The notes under the pieces are model-generated. The model searched no databases, was not told the origin of the DNA, and saw only the letters and a program-made list of their open reading frames with translations. From positions 32,001 through 96,000 of the IMG/VR virus record IMGVR_UViG_3300020477_001105: 64,000 nucleotides of DNA. One strand, 5' to 3'. Of the stretch, positions 31,745 to 40,005 are shown piece by piece; the first letter of the stretch is position 1; the number at the start of each line of letters is the position of its first letter. Position numbers and translations under genes: made by a program. This stretch comes from a virus.

Positions 31745-31930
31745 ATGTTATGGCTTAAACAAGTTATCGCAGCAATCTTAGAATTCTTCTCGGCTGAAAT
31801 GAAGCAAGATAAGAAAGCGTCTAATGCAGATAAAACACCTGACAAGTTGAAAAATGCATGGCGTGATCGTATAATAGAGGCAGAAAGAAAATCTAAAGAT
31901 GAAAGTACTAAAGACACTTCTACTGATTAG
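31745..31930 (+). CDS. Putative i-spanin-like protein
   Basis: MLWLKQVIAAILEFF hydrophobic N-terminus plus a charged helical tail. Overlaps a lipoprotein gene. Confidence 0.4.
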   Translation: MLWLKQVIAAILEFFSAEMKQDKKASNADKTPDKLKNAWRDRIIEAERKSKDESTKDTSTD

Positions 31931-32129
31931 CACCGCGGCCATACTTATGGGATGTGGATCCACTAAGGTTGTCTTCGTTGACACCCAATCTCAAATTGTA
32001 CGCATTGGCCCGAACGTCACTGGTAAGGTGTATGTTCTCAAAAACGGTGAATGGGTGCTATCTAAGAATAACATGCAATTACCTGAAGGGTGGTACGCTG
32101 GAGCTCTTCCTGCAGACGCAGAAGATTGA
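31899..32129 (+). CDS. Lipoprotein, putative o-spanin
   Basis: Signal peptide II MKVLKTLLLISTAAILMG|C (lipobox LMGC), short and Pro-containing. Confidence 0.6.
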   Translation: MKVLKTLLLISTAAILMGCGSTKVVFVDTQSQIVRIGPNVTGKVYVLKNGEWVLSKNNMQLPEGWYAGALPADAED

Positions 32130-32152
32130 CAGCTCACGGACTAAATACTTAC

Positions 32153-32341
32153 ATGAGCTGGATATTAGAACATAGAAATGAACTGATCGGAATCATAACA
32201 GGCATCGTCACTGTTGCCTCCGCCATCGCCGCGCTGACGCCAACACCTAAGGACGATACCATCGTAGGTAAGCTCTACAAAGTAGTCGATTTCTTAGCCA
32301 TTAACGTAGGTAAGGCTAAAGACGGTAGTAAAAAAAACTAA
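32153..32341 (+). CDS. Small membrane protein, putative holin
   Basis: MSWILEHRNELIGIITGIVTVASAIAALTPTPKDD...LAINVGKAKD. One TM segment and a basic tail. ACTAAATA 5 nt upstream. Confidence 0.55.
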   Translation: MSWILEHRNELIGIITGIVTVASAIAALTPTPKDDTIVGKLYKVVDFLAINVGKAKDGSKKN

Positions 32342-32370
32342 ATAAAAAACCCGTTACAGTTCTATAAAGT

Positions 32371-32402
32371 AACCTCACCTTAGGGTGAGGTTTTCTTTTT
32401 TT
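32371..32402 (+). terminator. Intrinsic terminator
   Basis: AACCTCACC-TTAG-GGTGAGGTT followed by a T-rich run. Confidence 0.8.
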
Positions 32403-32417
32403 ACATAAATACTATTG

Positions 32418-32810
32418 ATGAGACCTTTAAGTGAAGATGTACTAGGGGGCGAGATGCCTAGCTTTAAGGATTTCTTTAGGTTTACATCTGCAGAAAGCGG
32501 GGATACGGACGGTAATAGAGTAAAAGACGTCAATAATACTCGCATTCAAAAAGGTCTTACGGGTATGACCCGTCAAAGACAGAATCTAGTACCTGATAAA
32601 GATAAAGTTAATCCAGAACTCGTCCGTAAGGTTGAGATATTAAGAAACTCTATATCTGGTAAGCAAGTACTTAATGGAAAAGATTTAAAAGATATCTTAA
32701 CAATATACAAGATCAAAAATCTGACACCTGACCATCCTCGTGATCTAGGTACAACAGGTATCACGGTATATTTTGATGATAAATTAAACTCATACTGTAT
32801 AGGGAAATAA
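32418..32810 (+). CDS. Hypothetical late protein
   Basis: CATAAATA 6 nt upstream of ATG 32418. Coupled to the neck gene. Confidence 0.55.
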   Translation: MRPLSEDVLGGEMPSFKDFFRFTSAESGDTDGNRVKDVNNTRIQKGLTGMTRQRQNLVPDKDKVNPELVRKVEILRNSISGKQVLNGKDLKDILTIYKIKNLTPDHPRDLGTTGITVYFDDKLNSYCIGK

Positions 32811-33529
32811 TGCCACGACAATATTACGGAGATGAAGTAACAGTACCTGGAACGTTTAGAATCGGTGACAAGTCGTTTAACGATAATGAACGTGACAACT
32901 TCGCGTTGTGGTTTAATGAGCAAATTAAAATTTATGGACAAGAGGTTCACTACTATGTAAGTGGATATGCTCTTTCTGCTCACGATGCCTTCTACGGTGA
33001 ACAACCATCTGCTACTTATAGTGATCCTAGTAGAGTGGTTATGATGATTGAGTTAAATGAGCAATCAGTAATATTAAGCAAATTTGGTATAGAGGGTCAG
33101 GACGATGTTACTGCATGGATAGCAGTTAGTGCGTATTATGATACCTTCGGTCAAGGTGCAGAGCCAAAAGCAGGTGATGTGTTTCAATTGACAGAGTTTG
33201 GTAACGATAGACCCGGTGACCGTAATGGTAAGTTTTTCGAAATCACAGCTCGTCGTGATCAAGAAGTAAGTACAATTAACCCGCTAATGGGTCATTATGT
33301 TTGGTTAATACAAGCTAAGCGTCACGACTGGTCATTCGAACCTGGTCTGTCAGGTGAAAAGGGGCAAGACCAAGTATATGATGACTCTTTCTCAGGTAGG
33401 TTATCTGGTCATACTAACACACAGACTGATACCAAGGCATATACAGATAATGTTGATACAGATTCTAAGAGCGTATGGAATTATAGCGCTTATGGGGATG
33501 ACGATGATGTATATGGAGACTACAATTAA
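32810..33529 (+). CDS. Neck/head-closure protein (T4 gp14-like)
   Basis: EQIKIYGQEVHYY...FYGE...ILSKFGI...PKAGD...FFEIT...YVWLI. Confidence 0.8.
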   Translation: MPRQYYGDEVTVPGTFRIGDKSFNDNERDNFALWFNEQIKIYGQEVHYYVSGYALSAHDAFYGEQPSATYSDPSRVVMMIELNEQSVILSKFGIEGQDDVTAWIAVSAYYDTFGQGAEPKAGDVFQLTEFGNDRPGDRNGKFFEITARRDQEVSTINPLMGHYVWLIQAKRHDWSFEPGLSGEKGQDQVYDDSFSGRLSGHTNTQTDTKAYTDNVDTDSKSVWNYSAYGDDDDVYGDYN

Positions 33530-33750
33530 GCCTTATTAGAAGAATAATAAGCTTCGTAGTCCGGAAGTGCTTCTTTTCTAGCTGTAGCAATATATCTGTC
33601 AGCTTGCGCTGTATCTTCAAACGTCATATCGAATTTGTCACCGGTTGATTCCTTAAAAGTGTAAACAAGTTTCTCTTGGCGGACAGCGATATTATATACT
33701 GTTAATTGTTTACCGGATTTAACAAATTGTGTACCTACTATATAATGCAT
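33526..33750 (-). CDS. Hypothetical protein, 74 aa
   Basis: Last ORF of the minus-strand metabolic operon. Confidence 0.55.
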   Translation of the reverse strand: MHYIVGTQFVKSGKQLTVYNIAVRQEKLVYTFKESTGDKFDMTFEDTAQADRYIATARKEALPDYEAYYSSNKA

Positions 33751-34832
33751 AACTTTTTAAGATTCTTTTCAAACTTTTCGAACGGTATATCAGAGTAATT
33801 TAATACGTTAGGTAACTTAATATCACCACCTCTATTCTGCTGTACGCGATTATCAAATATACCTCTACCCATTAAATCAGCAACACTAGAAATAGAAAAT
33901 GCAGTACATTTCTGCATAGCGGTAAAGGTCTCATCACATTCAACTACATATTCTCTCTTCCATGTTAAACCTGAATTGTTTGTAACCTCAGTCATTATGA
34001 TAACTACGTCGTCTCGTGTTGATTCATATTCCGCGCTTGCTTCAAGTATACGTTTTAATTCATCATCAGACATCTTACATTTATTCATGAAGAAATCAAT
34101 TAATTCGTGATGACCTACCCATCTCAATGTCTTGTAAATGCAATTTTTAACACCTCTATCCTTCATACGACGAGTAGTATGAGCAGCACCACCACTAGTA
34201 CAAAACGCCTCTAAAGTAATACAATTTTCCCACTCCGGGTCAACTAATTCACAGTGACTCAAACCTGGTACAGTCTGTATCTCACCATCTCGTAATATCT
34301 CACAATCATCTCTATATTCGTTTAGTAACCCATCTAACGACCACGTCATGAAATACTTTAACGGGCCAACGGGTCTCTTAAGGGGTATACCGCCAACCAT
34401 CATCCTAACATCTGTCGCACCACTAACACGCGCATACCCTTGCTCTGCTAAAATATTAACCCATCCTGGAGCCAATCCCAAGTCAGTAAATACTGGAGCT
34501 GTTGCTTTTTTTGCATAGCTATTAATATTATCTGAAACATCAACTCTTCCACCTAAATCACAATACCGTAATCCATTATCAACACACCACGTGGCAACCT
34601 CTTCTGTCTGGTGGTATGGTAGAGATGAGATAACAATATCAGGATCATAGTCCTTAACATAATCAAAATTTGGAGAAGATAGTGTAAATGATATATCTTT
34701 ATTAATTAATCTCCGGAGATTATCTATACCTGTGCGATCTACATCAACACCTGCAACATCATACCCTAATTCATTCATGGCATAGCCGATAGCTTGCCCC
34801 ATTCTACCTACGCCATAAATTAATGCTTTCAT
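33738..34832 (-). CDS. Saccharopine dehydrogenase / lysine 6-dehydrogenase-family oxidoreductase
   Basis: Rossmann IYGVGRMG, ISSLPY, YCDLGG, DLGLAPG, VGGIP, TWSLDGLLNEY, TSGG, YKTLRWVGH. Confidence 0.88.
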   Translation of the reverse strand: MKALIYGVGRMGQAIGYAMNELGYDVAGVDVDRTGIDNLRRLINKDISFTLSSPNFDYVKDYDPDIVISSLPYHQTEEVATWCVDNGLRYCDLGGRVDVSDNINSYAKKATAPVFTDLGLAPGWVNILAEQGYARVSGATDVRMMVGGIPLKRPVGPLKYFMTWSLDGLLNEYRDDCEILRDGEIQTVPGLSHCELVDPEWENCITLEAFCTSGGAAHTTRRMKDRGVKNCIYKTLRWVGHHELIDFFMNKCKMSDDELKRILEASAEYESTRDDVVIIMTEVTNNSGLTWKREYVVECDETFTAMQKCTAFSISSVADLMGRGIFDNRVQQNRGGDIKLPNVLNYSDIPFEKFEKNLKKLCII

Positions 34833-34960
34833 TTTTTAAACCTCTTTCTAGGACCTCCTTGACCTCTATACTTTTTATTTCCTCTACTATTATTACTACA
34901 CCCTTGACGCGTCTTCTTACCGCGAGGCTTCTGATACCCCATTATATCCCGTCTAGACAT
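34829..34960 (-). CDS. Unannotated 43-aa basic microprotein with KKTRQG...KKYRGQG motif
   Basis: MSRRDIMGYQKPRGKKTRQGCSNNSRGNKKYRGQGGPRKRFKK*. ATGA overlap with the next gene. Confidence 0.7.
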   Translation of the reverse strand: MSRRDIMGYQKPRGKKTRQGCSNNSRGNKKYRGQGGPRKRFKK

Positions 34961-34963
34961 ATA

Positions 34964-35041
34964 CTAGTTACCTTTCTTCTTTCGCTTTTCTTTCTTAGGT
35001 TTCTTTTTCTCTCTCTTCGGTTTGTCTCTTCCTTTTCCCAT
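34964..35041 (-). CDS. Unannotated 25-aa Lys-rich microprotein
   Basis: MGKGRDKPKREKKKPKKEKRKKKGN*. Fills the operon gap with 3-nt spacers on both sides. Confidence 0.55.
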   Translation of the reverse strand: MGKGRDKPKREKKKPKKEKRKKKGN

Positions 35042-35044
35042 AAA

Positions 35045-35392
35045 TTACTCCCATTCCTTTAAAATTGCTCTAAATTTATTATACATTACCTCTTCAAACT
35101 CTAATTGCTCTTTCTCGTTCCACGGTGAATCATGATAACAGCAAGGTCGATGCTTTAAACTCATTATATAAGCAGCCTCTCTCAACAATCTATCCGGTTC
35201 TAAAGCTTTGTCCATAAAATTTTCCTGGACACTATGTTCATCGAAACGTCTACCCGGGCAATGCTTATAGATGTATTCCATATATTCACCATATGGTACC
35301 CAACCAACAGTATCCCTATATTCTTCGATTTCAGTGAGAGTTCTCATCCCGTTATCTTTCAAATTTTTATCTATTTCTTCTCTTTTATTCAT
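35045..35392 (-). CDS. Hypothetical protein, 115 aa
   Basis: ATGA-coupled to the ALDH gene. Confidence 0.55.
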   Translation of the reverse strand: MNKREEIDKNLKDNGMRTLTEIEEYRDTVGWVPYGEYMEYIYKHCPGRRFDEHSVQENFMDKALEPDRLLREAAYIMSLKHRPCCYHDSPWNEKEQLEFEEVMYNKFRAILKEWE

Positions 35393-36930
35393 TTTGACAT
35401 TCCTTGGGGAAAGGCGATATCCTCACCGTGATTAACGGTCCAAGACATAGTATGAGTGACAGCTAGCCATGTTTTAGCTGCAGACGGAAAGCCATTGCCG
35501 CTCTTCTTTACACCTCCAAACGACAAATGACTTTCCGCTGCAATGGATCCACCATTCCAGTAACACATACCCGTGTCACAATTATCTCGACAGTAACGAG
35601 CTGTACGATAATTATTAGTTAGAATGCCAACTGCCAATCCATATTCTGTATCATTATAAATCCGCACCCCTTCTTCAATAGTATCAAACGGAACTAATGC
35701 TACATGAGGACCGAAAACTTCATTTCTTAAGTACGGTGCCTCGTGACCTCTCCACTTTGTCTTATATACCATTGGTGTAATATAATACGCACCATTATCA
35801 GATGTATATTCAGGTACTACTAGAATTTGAGCATCATGATCTACAACAACTTCTTCGTTATACTCGGAGATCTTATCAAATCCTTGTTTATTGATAATAG
35901 GACCATAATACATGCTCTGATTTGGTGTACCATCGTCATTGAACGGGTTACCTGTCTTTATTTCTTTAGCCTTAGCGGCAAATTTTTCACAAAACTCATC
36001 ATATACTCCACGCTGAACAATCATTCTACCAGATGAGACACAACGTTGACCTGATAACTTAAATGCACTAGCAATTGCTGCATCAACAGCCATATCAACA
36101 TCAGCATCATCAAACACAATACAAGCTGACTTACTACCCATTTCGCAACTGGTCGTTTTATGCCAGCTCTCAGCAGCTACCTTTCGAATGTGTTGACCTA
36201 CATCTGCACTACCAGTGAAGCAAATATGATCTACATCTTCATGGATTAATGCATTACCAACCAATCCGTCACCATGTAACACCTGCAATACACCGGCAGG
36301 TAGACCGGCTTCGTGATATAATTGAGCTGCGGCATGAGTAGACCAAGGAGCATCTTCAGAAGGTTTAATGATAACTGTATTACCTTCGACTAATGCTGGA
36401 GCTGCACACCAAAACGGTCCGATAGCTAGTGGAAAATTAAAAGGAGATACTATCGCAATGACGCCTTTAGGCTTACGGATCATATACGAATCCTTCTCTG
36501 CAAGCTCAGATGAGACAATATCTCCAGTGGGGGTTCTACCGGACCCGAACGCGAACTGAGCCATGTGCAGCGCCTCGTTAACTTCCGCAATTGACTCGTT
36601 GTAATTTTTACCTGTTTCAAGAGAGATAATACGCGCTAATTTCTCTCTACGCTGTACAATTAAATCTGCAACCTTATTTAAAATCTCTGCTCTCTCCAAT
36701 CTACTTTTAGCCTTCCAAGAACTGAAAGCTGTCCGAGCGTTATCGTATGCCTCCCACACTTCTTCAGGAGTAGATTGAGGAAACATACCTAACACCTCCC
36801 CAGTAGCAGGATTGATATTAGCATATTCATCTGTGTCAAAATCTGCTCCCCCGACACCCTTTCTCCACGCTACAAATTCCCCGTTAACATAATTACGGCC
36901 TTCTACTAATTCGTCTGTCATTGTACTCAT
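35389..36930 (-). CDS. NAD(P)-dependent aldehyde dehydrogenase
   Basis: SPFNFP, KPSE, FTGS, CEMGSK (catalytic Glu), SGQRCVS (catalytic Cys), EVFGP, FGGVKKSG. Confidence 0.95.
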   Translation of the reverse strand: MSTMTDELVEGRNYVNGEFVAWRKGVGGADFDTDEYANINPATGEVLGMFPQSTPEEVWEAYDNARTAFSSWKAKSRLERAEILNKVADLIVQRREKLARIISLETGKNYNESIAEVNEALHMAQFAFGSGRTPTGDIVSSELAEKDSYMIRKPKGVIAIVSPFNFPLAIGPFWCAAPALVEGNTVIIKPSEDAPWSTHAAAQLYHEAGLPAGVLQVLHGDGLVGNALIHEDVDHICFTGSADVGQHIRKVAAESWHKTTSCEMGSKSACIVFDDADVDMAVDAAIASAFKLSGQRCVSSGRMIVQRGVYDEFCEKFAAKAKEIKTGNPFNDDGTPNQSMYYGPIINKQGFDKISEYNEEVVVDHDAQILVVPEYTSDNGAYYITPMVYKTKWRGHEAPYLRNEVFGPHVALVPFDTIEEGVRIYNDTEYGLAVGILTNNYRTARYCRDNCDTGMCYWNGGSIAAESHLSFGGVKKSGNGFPSAAKTWLAVTHTMSWTVNHGEDIAFPQGMSK

Positions 36931-37481
36931 AATTCTTGTGTGCTTAACATTAAATCTTTTACATTGTCTTCACAGAAGCCGTCTCCTTCCCGTGAAATTA
37001 ATTCATATATTACACCTGTAAGTTCAGATGGTTTTGTGAAAACTTGTTTTAATCCCGGGCAAGTAAGAGGTTCGTTAGAAAGAAATTCAGCATACCCTTC
37101 CTCTTTCCATTTCTTCATAGTATCTTCAACACTATCACACTGATAAGCCACATGATGAACACCACCCACCCCACCGCGAGCAGCAACCCAATCACCAACA
37201 ATAGATCCGATTTTACCATCGCTGACAAAGATCTCAGCCGGTGCATGATACGTGATATCTTCTTCGTCATACTCATTAAAACTTAAACAAGTATTTAGAG
37301 TCCAATCACGAGTTGAATCTGGTCGTTTTTCTGGTGGCACAAGAGCTAGACAATCAGCTTTAGAGCCATCATCAAACTCAATTTGAAATTCAGTGCCTAT
37401 AGTGTAACCGAGTGTGTCTTCAAAAAACTTAGCAGTCTTATATCGATTCTTTACTCGATAGGCAATATGATCTAATCTCAT
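36927..37481 (-). CDS. VOC-superfamily enzyme resembling the catalytic C-terminal domain of HPPD
   Basis: LDHIAY, GGVHHVAY, KQVFTKP, IYELISR...GFCEDNVKDL give an H/H/E triad and HPPD-like C-terminal motifs. Confidence 0.75.
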   Translation of the reverse strand: MRLDHIAYRVKNRYKTAKFFEDTLGYTIGTEFQIEFDDGSKADCLALVPPEKRPDSTRDWTLNTCLSFNEYDEEDITYHAPAEIFVSDGKIGSIVGDWVAARGGVGGVHHVAYQCDSVEDTMKKWKEEGYAEFLSNEPLTCPGLKQVFTKPSELTGVIYELISREGDGFCEDNVKDLMLSTQEL

Positions 37482-37488
37482 ATATATT

Positions 37489-37516
37489 ATTTTAACACAT
37501 ATGAAAAGGAAGTCAA
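37489..37516 (-). promoter_or_regulatory. Sigma70-type promoter of the metabolic operon
   Basis: TTGACT-16 nt-TAAAAT with extended TG. ATG 7 nt downstream. Confidence 0.65.
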
Positions 37517-37524
37517 CCTACCAA

Positions 37525-37815
37525 TTAAGCTGCGGTAGTCTCATCTACCTTATCCAGCTGTGCCTTAATCTCTGTCACCGCAACTGGTGTCTCTTCGTCG
37601 ACAAATTTCTGCAATGCTAAAGGCTTGATCCAGGACTTGTCTGTATCTAGGTTTATCTTTAAATGCTTAGCTTTTCTAGTTATAACGTCTAAACCTTGGA
37701 GCAGGGCGCACCAGCGGGCGGCTTCGTATAATGTCATATTATGTTTATCGGTCTGGCTGCTGATCTCAACCGGCTGTGTTACGTCAATGTTTAGGATTTT
37801 ATCTGGTTGTTTCAT
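37525..37815 (-). CDS. Hypothetical protein
   Basis: ORF in a tightly packed operon. Confidence 0.55.
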   Translation of the reverse strand: MKQPDKILNIDVTQPVEISSQTDKHNMTLYEAARWCALLQGLDVITRKAKHLKINLDTDKSWIKPLALQKFVDEETPVAVTEIKAQLDKVDETTAA

Positions 37816-37817
37816 AA

Positions 37818-38270
37818 TTACTTGAGTACTTTCTTAACACATTCGTGTACGTACCCATGCATTATAGGTAAAATTAAATTATTGTCAAGCTTAAAATTCA
37901 TGCTTTTGAGGACCGAAACGGATTCCTTTAAAACCGTCGATGCAGTCTTCAATTGATTCAGTTTTATCTGCTTTTTTTCGATATTATCGACCGTATCTTC
38001 AATATTATCTCTAATACCTTGTATTATAGTGTCTATAAATAAATGCAGAGCTATATCATACGTAGCATCACTGGCGGTATACTTTTGACCAATTAACTCA
38101 CCTTTCTTATATTGATAATATAAATTCTTATCTTTTTCCTTCCACAATTGAAGAATCTTTTCGTCAACCTCTTTAAAGACAACTCTAGGCTTTACTTCTT
38201 TCTGTGGTGTTATCGCTGACGGTTGTTTATCGTCGAATGAATCCCATAAATGCTTATCGTTTTCTACCAT
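37818..38270 (-). CDS. Hypothetical protein
   Basis: ORF in a tightly packed operon. Confidence 0.55.
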   Translation of the reverse strand: MVENDKHLWDSFDDKQPSAITPQKEVKPRVVFKEVDEKILQLWKEKDKNLYYQYKKGELIGQKYTASDATYDIALHLFIDTIIQGIRDNIEDTVDNIEKKQIKLNQLKTASTVLKESVSVLKSMNFKLDNNLILPIMHGYVHECVKKVLK

Positions 38271-38671
38271 TGCTTAACCTTTATCGATTCAGAGCTATCT
38301 TCGCCTAATGGATTTGTTACTTGCGCTGATTCTACCTCAATATACACTGCGTTCTCCTTATCACACTCGTCACACTTAAACGTATTGTTAATATCTAATC
38401 TGATAGGTGTCAAATTAACCTTCTTACACGCTGCACACGGGATACTGATCGTTTGCTTACCTAGTTCTTCTAAGATCTGGATCTCCATCTCCGCAGCTTT
38501 AGTAGCAGTTCTAACACTAACGACATACTTTACAATTTCCCATATAACAAATTGAGCTACAGTAGCAGCGAGAAATGTAGCCCAAAAATTTATATCAAAC
38601 TGTAGCAGAAAAAATGCTATAGAAGAACTTACAACTATAAGTATAGCTAGTGGCCTAATTAACTCTTTCAC
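38264..38671 (-). CDS. Membrane protein with C-terminal zinc ribbon
   Basis: Two N-terminal TM segments. CAAC...CDEC. Confidence 0.65.
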   Translation of the reverse strand: MKELIRPLAILIVVSSSIAFFLLQFDINFWATFLAATVAQFVIWEIVKYVVSVRTATKAAEMEIQILEELGKQTISIPCAACKKVNLTPIRLDINNTFKCDECDKENAVYIEVESAQVTNPLGEDSSESIKVKQW

Positions 38672-38686
38672 TATACTAATATTAAC

Positions 38687-39124
38687 CTACTTATCCCTTT
38701 TATCCACGGGAAGATTGTCATCACTGACATATGATTGGTCAGTTTCAGATTCAATTGAAAAACCATCAATATCAATGCTTATTGAATTTATAATCTTCTG
38801 AATTGTTTCAATTTTTTTGACAATTTTTTGGATTTGAGCTTTAGCTTTTGTCTTATCGTCTAAGACGGGATTTGCTTTGGCTAATAATAGAGATTTCTTA
38901 ACTTCAGCCGATTGAACGTATAAGTCACCTAATAGCTGTACAAGATTTTGTACTGAATGAGGCATCGAACCTGGTGCCTTTACGTAGTTCGGATGTTGGT
39001 TGTCACTTTTCTTGAGCATATCTAGTAGTGACATTGGCTCTGGACCGACATTGCGACCTGACGTACCAGTCGCCCATTTGTCGGACATTGCTAATACATC
39101 TTCAAGTAAAAATTTGCGCGCCAT
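38687..39124 (-). CDS. Hypothetical late protein
   Basis: AATAAATA 6 nt upstream. N-terminus MARKFLLE. Confidence 0.6.
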   Translation of the reverse strand: MARKFLLEDVLAMSDKWATGTSGRNVGPEPMSLLDMLKKSDNQHPNYVKAPGSMPHSVQNLVQLLGDLYVQSAEVKKSLLLAKANPVLDDKTKAKAQIQKIVKKIETIQKIINSISIDIDGFSIESETDQSYVSDDNLPVDKRDK

Positions 39125-39165
39125 TGTAATTATTTATTCGCTATAAAGATAAATACTTATAGCTT

Positions 39166-39582
39166 ATGAGCATCTATGATAAGAAGTTTAATGTATTACT
39201 TGAGCAAGAGGCTGATCCTGCGGCTCAAATGGGACCTGCAACTCCACCCGGGCCAGTTGAAGGTGAAATGAGTGATAGTGGCGCGACGTTAGCTGCAGTT
39301 AGCGATGTTGCGGATAATCCTGTCGTGAATTACCAAAAAGAGCAAAATGCTGCAATGACTCAGGCTATCGGTGGGTGGATTGGTCAAATTGAGGACTTTA
39401 CTAACTTCTTAAACGGGCTGGATGGTAACTCATTACAGTCGCAGTTGAATAATGCTGAGTGTGATACCCTATTTAACAATGTCTCCAAGAGTGAGACGAA
39501 AAAGATTTCAAGAATTGCGCAAGATCTTAGAGGTTTAGTTGAATCTCTCAAGGGATACTTGCTCTCTTCAGAAGAAAAATAA
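39166..39582 (+). CDS. Hypothetical late protein
   Basis: GATAAATA at 39148-39155. N-terminus MSIYDKKFNVLLEQE. Confidence 0.6.
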   Translation: MSIYDKKFNVLLEQEADPAAQMGPATPPGPVEGEMSDSGATLAAVSDVADNPVVNYQKEQNAAMTQAIGGWIGQIEDFTNFLNGLDGNSLQSQLNNAECDTLFNNVSKSETKKISRIAQDLRGLVESLKGYLLSSEEK

Positions 39583-39603
39583 CCCTAAAGAATAAATATT
39601 GAT

Positions 39604-40005
39604 ATGGCAGTAATATGGAACAATAATAAAAACGATGGCCAATCAGCGTCTACTATCACATCGTATCTATGCGGTGTAGCTGGTAACTTCGCAGCCAGTG
39701 CCTCTACACTGAACTTAAGTGGTTTTGGTACCGCCATCCTTGAAGGTAGCAAAGGTTACAATAACTGGGCTGTCGGTCACGAATTTACAATTGAGGGAGA
39801 CGGTACTCTCTATTCGATTACAGCCATGTCTAACTTGTCCGCTGATTCAACTACCGGTGACTGGAGTGCTGGTACAATTACTATTAGCCCTGTTTTATCC
39901 GGTGCAGCGAGAGTTGGTGCCGCTATAACAAAAGAAGACAGCTACAAGGGTAATCAAGGTAGTGCTGAGAACCATATCAGACTCAGACGCTTAGGTTACA
40001 TTTAA
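39604..40005 (+). CDS. Small late virion-type protein (S/G/A/T-rich; possible head decoration)
   Basis: AATAAATA 5 nt upstream. Beta-rich, with basic C-terminus HIRLRRLGYI. Confidence 0.5.
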   Translation: MAVIWNNNKNDGQSASTITSYLCGVAGNFAASASTLNLSGFGTAILEGSKGYNNWAVGHEFTIEGDGTLYSITAMSNLSADSTTGDWSAGTITISPVLSGAARVGAAITKEDSYKGNQGSAENHIRLRRLGYI

